Source: an uncultured delta proteobacterium (GTDB taxonomy: Bacteria; Myxococcota_A; UBA9160; UBA4427). Taken from it: 64,000 nt of DNA. The notes under the pieces were generated by a model, which searched no databases, was not told the DNA's origin, and saw only the letters and a list, made by a program, of their open reading frames with translations. The translations under genes were made by a program, and so were the position numbers. The stretch covers positions 64,001-128,000 of the forward strand of contig CAWGJT010000013.1 in assembly GCA_963822965.1 (NCBI GenBank). Reading direction: 5' to 3'. Below are positions 57,670-64,000 of this stretch, piece after piece. The stretch's first letter is position 1, and every line of letters starts with the position of its first letter.

Positions 57670-58419
57670 ATGCCCCCTGGAACCCTGCGAATCGCACCGC
57701 GTGCGAAGCTCCGCATCGCGCTCGCCCTCGCCGCATCGCTCGCCTGCGTGGGGATCGCCGGCGCCGCCCAGGCGTCGATCGGCGTCGAGCTCGTGTGGAT
57801 CTCGACCACGGGCTCGGGAATCCCAGGCTCGAGCGTCATCGAGGCCGAGCCGGGAGACGAGCTGGTGCTCGAGATCCGCATCCACGTGGACTCGGCGGGC
57901 GTGCAGGGCTACGGGCTCTCGGTGCTCTTCGACGACCGCCTGATGGACGAGCTCGACATCGTGAGCGTCGAGGAGCTGGACGATATTCCGACCCTCGAGT
58001 GCGAGCCGTTCCCGAGCTGCTTCTCGCAGAACCCGCTCACGAACGTCACCATGGGCGTCGTCGAGACCGAGACCGAGAGCGACGCCGACACGGCCGGCCT
58101 GGTGGGCAGCTTCGAGGCCATCGCGAAGGCGATCGACGGCCCGGTGGACTTCATGTCGCCCGTCGGGCGCATCACCTTCCAGGTGACGGACAACGTCGAC
58201 ACGAACGGCCCGGACCTCGAGGGCTCGGTGCTCACGGGAACCGACGGCTATCTCGACAACAACCTCGACTTCGTCGGCATCGACGACATGCCGAGCCCCC
58301 TCGTGACCCCCGGCTTCGCGGCGGTGAGCCTGCTGCCCGAGCCCGGCGCCTCGAGCCTCGCCGCCGGGGCGCTCGTCACCCTCGCCTGGCTGCGGCGACG
58401 AGCGCGCACGACGCGCTGA
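57670..58419 (+). CDS. PEP-CTERM protein with acidic cohesin-like domain (divergent, C)
   Basis: Signal ending AQA; AEPGDELVLEIRI...GYGLSVLFD...VGRITFQV; LLPEPGASSLAAGALVTLAWLRRRAR. Confidence 0.8.
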   Translation: MPPGTLRIAPRAKLRIALALAASLACVGIAGAAQASIGVELVWISTTGSGIPGSSVIEAEPGDELVLEIRIHVDSAGVQGYGLSVLFDDRLMDELDIVSVEELDDIPTLECEPFPSCFSQNPLTNVTMGVVETETESDADTAGLVGSFEAIAKAIDGPVDFMSPVGRITFQVTDNVDTNGPDLEGSVLTGTDGYLDNNLDFVGIDDMPSPLVTPGFAAVSLLPEPGASSLAAGALVTLAWLRRRARTTR

Positions 58420-58500
58420 CCGTCCCTCTTCTGTGTCGCCCCCTGGATCGTCTTCTGCGTCGGCGGCTTCCGCGTCGTCCGCTTCGACGAATCCGGGACG

Positions 58501-59853
58501 TCAACGCGCCTGGGTGTAGCGCGCGCGCGGGCGCAGCAGGTAGCCCGCCTCGTAGTGCTCGAGGGCGTGCGCCACCCAGCCCGCGCAGCGTCCCACGGCG
58601 AAGATCCCCGCGGCCGAGCCCGGCGGCAGCTCGAGGGCCGCCGCCAGCGCCACCAGCCCCATGTCGAGGGTGGCGCCGCCGCCCTCGCTGCGCCGCACCA
58701 CCTCCACCAGCTCGATGCAGGTTCGGACCGCCTCGCGATCGGGGGCCAGCGCGGCCGCCAGCTCCATCAGCGAGGCGCCGCGCGGATCGCCGTCGGGATA
58801 CAGCGGATGCCCGAAGCCTTCGATGGCTTCCCCCCGCCGCGCCCGCTCGTGGATCACGCGCTCGGCCTGGTCGGGACGGCCGATCTCCGCCACCAGCGCC
58901 TCGATGCGGTCGGCCGCGCCGCCGTGGCGCGGGCCGGACAGGGTGGCCAGGGCGGCCTGCACGCACGCGTACACGTCCGCTCCCGTGGAGGCGGCCACCC
59001 GGGCCGCGAACGTCGAGGCGTTGAGCTCGTGGTCGGCCGCCAGCACGAGCGCCCGGTTGAGAGCGCGCACGCCTTCCGCGCCGCAGGCGGCACCCAGGGC
59101 CGCGGCCACCGTCTCGGCGACGCCGTGTGCGGCCAGGGCCGCCTGCGTGCGCGCCTTGCGGGCCGAGAGGCCCAGGGCCGCGGCCATGCGGACGATCAGG
59201 GTGCGGGCGCGCGGTGCCACCGCGTCGGCCCGGGTGACGAAGCGGCCCGGGTCCCGGGTGGCCAGCAGGGGAACCACCAGCGAGAGCACCGACAGCGGCG
59301 GAATCGGCGGGGCGGAGGACGGCGGCGCGACCAGCGCCCGCAGGGTCTCCACGGGCACCCCGAAGCCCCGGGGCCCCCAGAAGTAGACCGTTCGTTCGGT
59401 TGCCTCGGGGCTGGAGGCCAGCTCGCCGCCGGTCCACAGCAGCTCGGCGACCGCCTCGAAGCGGACGTCTGCGGCGGCCAGATCCACGGCGGCGTGCCCG
59501 CGGTAGACGGGACCCCGGTCGGGCAGGAGCGCCGTGATCGACGAGTCGAGCACGGGCTCCCCGAAGCGCAGGGCGCCGGCCGCCACGGGACCGTGCCCGG
59601 CCCGGGCGTCCCGGCGTGCGCGCAGGCGTTCGAGGTCGGCGCGCAGGTAGCGGCGGGCGCGCCCGCGCTGCCCCGGCACGCTTCGGACCAGCCCGCGGCT
59701 CGTGTACGCGTAGAGGGTGGGCAGCTTCACGTCCAGCAGCGCCGCGGCGTCCCGGGCGCTCAGGTACTGATCGCGGCGCGGATCCTGGGGGGCCGCTGCA
59801 GCCTGCTCACCGTATGATTGATTATCGAATGTACGTTGATCAATTTCGTCCAC
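58501..59853 (-). CDS. HTH-domain / citrate synthase-like fusion protein (start uncertain, 59810-59853)
   Basis: YLSARDAAALLDVKLPTLYAYTSRG HTH; DHELNASTF, GPRHGG, GFGHPLY, GDPR. Confidence 0.85.
   Translation of the reverse strand: MDEIDQRTFDNQSYGEQAAAAPQDPRRDQYLSARDAAALLDVKLPTLYAYTSRGLVRSVPGQRGRARRYLRADLERLRARRDARAGHGPVAAGALRFGEPVLDSSITALLPDRGPVYRGHAAVDLAAADVRFEAVAELLWTGGELASSPEATERTVYFWGPRGFGVPVETLRALVAPPSSAPPIPPLSVLSLVVPLLATRDPGRFVTRADAVAPRARTLIVRMAAALGLSARKARTQAALAAHGVAETVAAALGAACGAEGVRALNRALVLAADHELNASTFAARVAASTGADVYACVQAALATLSGPRHGGAADRIEALVAEIGRPDQAERVIHERARRGEAIEGFGHPLYPDGDPRGASLMELAAALAPDREAVRTCIELVEVVRRSEGGGATLDMGLVALAAALELPPGSAAGIFAVGRCAGWVAHALEHYEAGYLLRPRARYTQAR
59814..59844. promoter_or_regulatory. 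Candidate operator in divergent promoter region
   Basis: AT-rich island with TTGAT at 59818 and 59836 and palindrome TTGATCAA (59836-59843). Confidence 0.5.
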
Positions 59854-59886
59854 CCATCTAGCATAGCGGCCACGAGGAGGATGGCC

Positions 59887-61056
59887 ATGAGCGCAGCGAA
59901 CTTCGGGACCGGGGCCGGGGCGGCGGATCACCCGGCGAACATCGGGCTGGACGGCGTGGTGGTCGCCGAGACGAGGCTCTCCCGCGTGGATGGTCGGAAC
60001 GGCAGGCTCGTGATCCGGGGCATCGAGCTCGAGCAGGCGGTCGAGCAGCTCTCGTTCGAAGGCATGACCGAGCTCCTGTGGAGCGATGAGCCCGTCCTGG
60101 CGCCGACCCGAGGCGAGGCGCTGCGCGGCCGCCTGGGCCGGGAGCGGGTGGAGGTGTTCTCGAGCCTCCCGCGTCTCGGGGACGCCCTGCGCCGGCCGGA
60201 CGGCATGGAGGCCCTGCGGGCGGGCCTCTCCCAGCTCGCCACGGGCGCTGACCCGATAGAGGAACGCGTTCGCATAGCTGCCGCGGTGCCGGTGCTGGCC
60301 GCCGCCTGGGCGCGGGGCCAGGGGCTGGGCCGGAAGGGAGCCCGCCTGGCCGCCGAGCGGCTCCCGGTCCGGCCGGACCCGAACCTCTCCCAGGCCGCCG
60401 ACTACCTGCGCATGCTGACCGGGCGCCCGCCGCTGCCTGCGCTGGTGGCGGCGTTGGACACCTACCTGTGCACCGTCGCCGAGCACGGCATGAACGCCTC
60501 GACGTTCGCCGCCCGGGTCGTCACCTCCACCGGCTCCGACACGATCTCGGCCGTGGTGGCTGCGCTCTGCGCCCTCAAGGGCCCTCTCCACGGCGGAGCC
60601 CCGGGGCCGGTCCTCGACATGCTCGAGGCCGTCGGCTCGCCGCCGCACGCGCGCCCGTGGCTCGAGGCCGAGCTCGCGAGCGGACGGCGCATCATGGGGC
60701 TGGGGCACCGGGTCTACCGGGTGCGCGACCCCCGTGCTGCGGTGCTCGAGCAGGCGATCCTCGCCCTGGAGGACGCCGGCATCTCGACCCACCGGCTGGA
60801 GCTCGCCCGGGCGGTGGAGCGCGAGGCCGCAGAGCTGCTGCGCAGCCGCCACCCGGACCGGCCCCTGGCGGCGAACGTGGAGTTCTACACGGCCGTGCTC
60901 CTCGACACCGTCGGTCTCGACCGGCGGCTCTTCACACCGACCTTCGCGGTAGGACGGGTGGCGGGATGGCTCGCTCACATCGACGAGCAGCGGAGACACG
61001 GGCGCCTCATCCGCCCCACCTCCCGCTACGTCGGGCCGCAGCCCAAGGCCGCATGA
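59887..61056 (+). CDS. Citrate synthase / methylcitrate synthase family protein
   Basis: RBS GAGGAGG; GLDGVVVAETRLS, EHGMNAST, KGPLHGGA, MGLGHRVY, DPR, NVEFY, GWLAH. Confidence 0.9.
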   Translation: MSAANFGTGAGAADHPANIGLDGVVVAETRLSRVDGRNGRLVIRGIELEQAVEQLSFEGMTELLWSDEPVLAPTRGEALRGRLGRERVEVFSSLPRLGDALRRPDGMEALRAGLSQLATGADPIEERVRIAAAVPVLAAAWARGQGLGRKGARLAAERLPVRPDPNLSQAADYLRMLTGRPPLPALVAALDTYLCTVAEHGMNASTFAARVVTSTGSDTISAVVAALCALKGPLHGGAPGPVLDMLEAVGSPPHARPWLEAELASGRRIMGLGHRVYRVRDPRAAVLEQAILALEDAGISTHRLELARAVEREAAELLRSRHPDRPLAANVEFYTAVLLDTVGLDRRLFTPTFAVGRVAGWLAHIDEQRRHGRLIRPTSRYVGPQPKAA

Positions 61057-61087
61057 GCGAGCCCGACGGGCCGCGCGAGGGCCGCCG

Positions 61088-61849
61088 ATGGACCTGATCC
61101 CCATCGGCGGCCTCGACCTGGCGATCCTCGTGGTGGCCGCGCTGCTGACGTCGATGCTCTCGGCGGTGGTCGGCATGGCGGGCGGCATCACCCTGCTGGC
61201 GGTGATGCTCCTCTTCCTTCCACCCCTCGTCGTGATCCCCCTGCACGGCGCGGTGCAGCTCGTCTCCAACGGCTCGCGCACCTTCATCCAGCGCAGCCAC
61301 CTGCGCTGGGACATCATCTGGCGCTACGCGCTGCCGCTGCTGCCCATGGGCTTCGCGGGCCTCGCCATCGCCCGCAGCCTGCCCCCCGACGCCACGAAGG
61401 CGCTGATCGGCGTCTTCGTGCTCGTGGCGACCTGGGCGCCGGGAATCCTGCTGCTGGGCACGCACCCCGAGCAGACGAGCCCGAGCCGGCGCTTCTTCGC
61501 CCTCGGCGCGGTGGTGGGGCTGCTCAACGTGACCCTGGGCGCGACGGGACCGCTGATCGCCCCCTTCTTCCTGAACCTGGGGCTCAGCCGGTTCGCGCTC
61601 ATCGGCACCAAGGCCGCCTGCCAGGCCGCGGGCCACCTGGCCAAGATCGTGGTCTTCGGCGTGGCGGGCTTCGCGTTCGGCGGCTGGGTGGCCGTGCTGG
61701 CGATCCTCTCGGCCGCGGTCGTCGCGGGCACCTGGCTCGGGAGCCGGCTGCTCGAGCACGTGAACGAGCGCTGGTTCGCGTGGCTCTACAAGTCGGTGCT
61801 CACCGTCATCGCCGTCCGCCTCACCTTGCAGGCCCTGTGGCCCGGGTGA
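61088..61849 (+). CDS. Sulfite exporter TauE/SafE family protein
   Basis: About 8 TMs, SAVVGMAGG, GATGPL, GTWLG. Confidence 0.82.
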   Translation: MDLIPIGGLDLAILVVAALLTSMLSAVVGMAGGITLLAVMLLFLPPLVVIPLHGAVQLVSNGSRTFIQRSHLRWDIIWRYALPLLPMGFAGLAIARSLPPDATKALIGVFVLVATWAPGILLLGTHPEQTSPSRRFFALGAVVGLLNVTLGATGPLIAPFFLNLGLSRFALIGTKAACQAAGHLAKIVVFGVAGFAFGGWVAVLAILSAAVVAGTWLGSRLLEHVNERWFAWLYKSVLTVIAVRLTLQALWPG

Positions 61850-61900
61850 GCGCCGGGCGGCTGACAGCCGTCGGCGACCCCGAAACAGCCGTGAGCGATC

Positions 61901-63007
61901 TCAGTACAGGATGACGCTCCGGATCACCGAGCCGTCGTGCATGCGATCGAAGGCGTCGTTGATCCGCTCGAGCGGCAGGGTCGCCGACACCATCTCGTCG
62001 AGCTTGATGCGACCCGACATGTAGCGGTCCACGAATCCCGGCAGCTGGGTGCGGCCCCGGGTGCCGCCGAATGCCGTTCCCCGCCACGAGCGGCCGGTCA
62101 CGAGCAGGAACGGCCGGGCGTGGATCTCCTGGCCGGCCCCCGCGACGCCGATGATGATGGACTGCCCCCAACCCTTGTGGGTGCAGCGAAGGGCCGTGCC
62201 CATCAGCTCCACGTTGCCCACGCACTCGAACGAGTAGTCGACGCCGCCGTCGGTCATCTCGATGATGGCCGCCTCGACGTCGCCCGCCTGGGCCGGGTCG
62301 ATGCAGTCCGTCGCCCCGAAGGCCCGCGCCATCTCGAACTTGCCCGGGTTCGTGTCCACGGCGAGGATGCGCTCGGCGCCCGCCATCACGGCGCCCTGGA
62401 TGACCGAGAGACCGATTCCGCCCAGGCCGAAGACCGCGATGGACGAGCCGGGCTCCGCCTTGGCGGTGTGGAGCACGGCGCCGATGCCGGTGGTGACTCC
62501 GCAGCCCAGCAGGCACACCTTGTCCAGCGGCGCGTCCTTGCGGATCTTCGCGAGGGCGATCTCGGGCACCACCGTGTGCTCCGAGAACGTCGACGTCCCC
62601 ATGTAGTGGTGCACCATGCGACCACCGTGGGAGAAGCGGCTGGTGCCGTCGGGCATCACCCCTCTGCCCTGGGTGTCGCGGATGCGCCCGCACAGGTTCG
62701 TCTTGCCCGAGAGGCAGAACTTGCACTCCCGGCACTCGGGCGTGTAGAGCGGGATCACGTGGTCGCCCACCGCCAGCCCGCGAACCCCGGGACCCACCTC
62801 CTCCACGACCCCGGCCCCCTCGTGGCCCAGGATCGCCGGGAACAGGCCCTCCGGATCCGCACCACTCAAGGTGAAGGCGTCCGTGTGACAGACGCCGGTG
62901 GCCGCCAGCCGCACGAGGCACTCGCCCTCGTGCGGTCCCTCGAGATCGACCTCGTCGATCTCGAGGGGCTTTCCGGCCTCGAACGCGACGGCGGCTCGGG
63001 TCTTCAC
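61901..63007 (-). CDS. frmA: S-(hydroxymethyl)glutathione dehydrogenase / class III alcohol dehydrogenase
   Basis: [32 protein letters not shown]...[32 protein letters not shown]. Confidence 0.95.
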   Translation of the reverse strand: MKTRAAVAFEAGKPLEIDEVDLEGPHEGECLVRLAATGVCHTDAFTLSGADPEGLFPAILGHEGAGVVEEVGPGVRGLAVGDHVIPLYTPECRECKFCLSGKTNLCGRIRDTQGRGVMPDGTSRFSHGGRMVHHYMGTSTFSEHTVVPEIALAKIRKDAPLDKVCLLGCGVTTGIGAVLHTAKAEPGSSIAVFGLGGIGLSVIQGAVMAGAERILAVDTNPGKFEMARAFGATDCIDPAQAGDVEAAIIEMTDGGVDYSFECVGNVELMGTALRCTHKGWGQSIIIGVAGAGQEIHARPFLLVTGRSWRGTAFGGTRGRTQLPGFVDRYMSGRIKLDEMVSATLPLERINDAFDRMHDGSVIRSVILY

Positions 63008-63072
63008 GAAGCGCTCCTCCTCGTCTCGATGCCTCTCTGCGTCTCCATCCGCTCCTCCGCCTCCTTGCGCCG

Positions 63073-63720
63073 TCAGTCGCGCGGGAAGGCCGCCTCCTCT
63101 TCGGCGACGAGGGCGGCGAAGCTCGGCCGCGCGAGGACGCGCTCGGCGTACGCAGCGAGGCGCGGCCAGCGCGCCGGATCGATCGCCTCGCCGCAGTGGC
63201 GGAGCTGGACGAAGACCGTGCCCAGGGCGATGTCGGCGATGCCGAAGGACGCTCCCACCATCCAGCCCTGCTCGGGCGTCTCCGTCTCGAGGTAGTCGAA
63301 GACGGGCGGGACGAGCAGCTTCATCTGGCGCTCGACGATCGCCTCGTCGCTCCCCTGCTTGAAGAGCACGCGCTGAACGAAGCGCTGGGAGAAGATGGGC
63401 GCGATCACCTCCACCACCTTGGTGTCAGCGTACTCCTCGAACCAGAGCGCGCGTCCGAGCTGCCGCGCGTCTTCGGGATAGAGCGGAGGATCGGGCTTCT
63501 CGCGCTCGAGGTAGGCGATGATCACCGACGAGTCGGGCAGCACGAAGTCGCCGTCCTGGTAGACGGGAACCTTGGCCAGCGGCGAGATCTTCTTGAACGA
63601 CTCCGGGACGTTGCCGGGCATGACGTGCACCAGCTCGTAGTCGAGGCCCTTCTCGGCCATGGCGACCCGCACCTTGCGCACGAACGGCGACGGGCTCACG
63701 CCATGGATGAGGACCGGCAT
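63073..63720 (-). CDS. Glutathione S-transferase family protein
   Basis: SPFVRKV, PLAKVP, DSSVI, FGIADI, WPRL...RPSF. Confidence 0.92.
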   Translation of the reverse strand: MPVLIHGVSPSPFVRKVRVAMAEKGLDYELVHVMPGNVPESFKKISPLAKVPVYQDGDFVLPDSSVIIAYLEREKPDPPLYPEDARQLGRALWFEEYADTKVVEVIAPIFSQRFVQRVLFKQGSDEAIVERQMKLLVPPVFDYLETETPEQGWMVGASFGIADIALGTVFVQLRHCGEAIDPARWPRLAAYAERVLARPSFAALVAEEEAAFPRD

Positions 63721-63748
63721 CGGAGCGCCTCCATCTCGGCCGTCGCGG

Positions 63749-63847
63749 CTACTGGGACTGCGGCGAGCAGGCACGCCAAGCGTAGCCCGCGGCCAGCAGG
63801 ATCATCCACAGGAGCGTCATGCCCGCGCGCAGCATCGAGCGGCGCAT
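63749..63847 (-). CDS. Possible small single-TM protein
   Basis: GAGGAG RBS before ATG 63847; MRRSMLRAGMTLLWMILLAAGYAWRAC; co-oriented with GST. Confidence 0.35.
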   Translation of the reverse strand: MRRSMLRAGMTLLWMILLAAGYAWRACSPQSQ

Positions 63848-64000
63848 CGGCTCCTCTTCGACGCTCTCGTCCTGGGCAACGGGCAGCTCGAAGCGTTGCA
63901 TCTCCCCGGCCTCCGCGTAGGAGCGCGGGTCGCCCGGGCTCATCCGGGGCTCGGAAGCCGCGAATCGGCTCCGGGGCGGCGGCTCCGCCCGGGTGCGCCC

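Overview
High-GC bacterial chromosomal segment. Gene content suggests a Myxococcota/deltaproteobacterial-type organism (inference). There is no rRNA, tRNA, CRISPR array or mobile element that I can support. Left part (1-17 kb): housekeeping and metabolic genes, including an SDR epimerase, MFS transporter, cytochrome c, rqcH-like NFACT gene, mutM, a type-2 ileS, a pqqB-pqqC/D-pqqE operon broken by many single-base frameshifts, an outer-membrane beta-barrel, and an LLM monooxygenase plus hydrolase. Central part (17-58 kb): a large cell-surface locus with a UDP-GlcNAc 2-epimerase-like gene, sulfotransferase, GT2, five GT-C-like membrane glycosyltransferases, LtaS/sulfatase-like enzymes, a CRTAC1/ASPIC lipoprotein, an exosortase-EpsI fusion, a PrsT-like TPR lipoprotein, an S8 protease and three PEP-CTERM proteins. 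The best candidate for an undescribed system is two separate dockerin gene + cohesin-like PEP-CTERM gene pairs, plus a third cohesin-like PEP-CTERM gene, beside an exosortase; the first pair follows a sigma-54/IHF promoter. This suggests a non-cellulosomal cohesin-dockerin surface-docking system anchored by exosortase. A second candidate is an apparent tandem histone-fold domain at the N-terminus of the exported CRTAC1 lipoprotein. Right part (58.5-64 kb): a divergent HTH-citrate synthase / citrate synthase-like pair, TauE, frmA and GST. All family calls come from motif recognition by eye; no searches were run.
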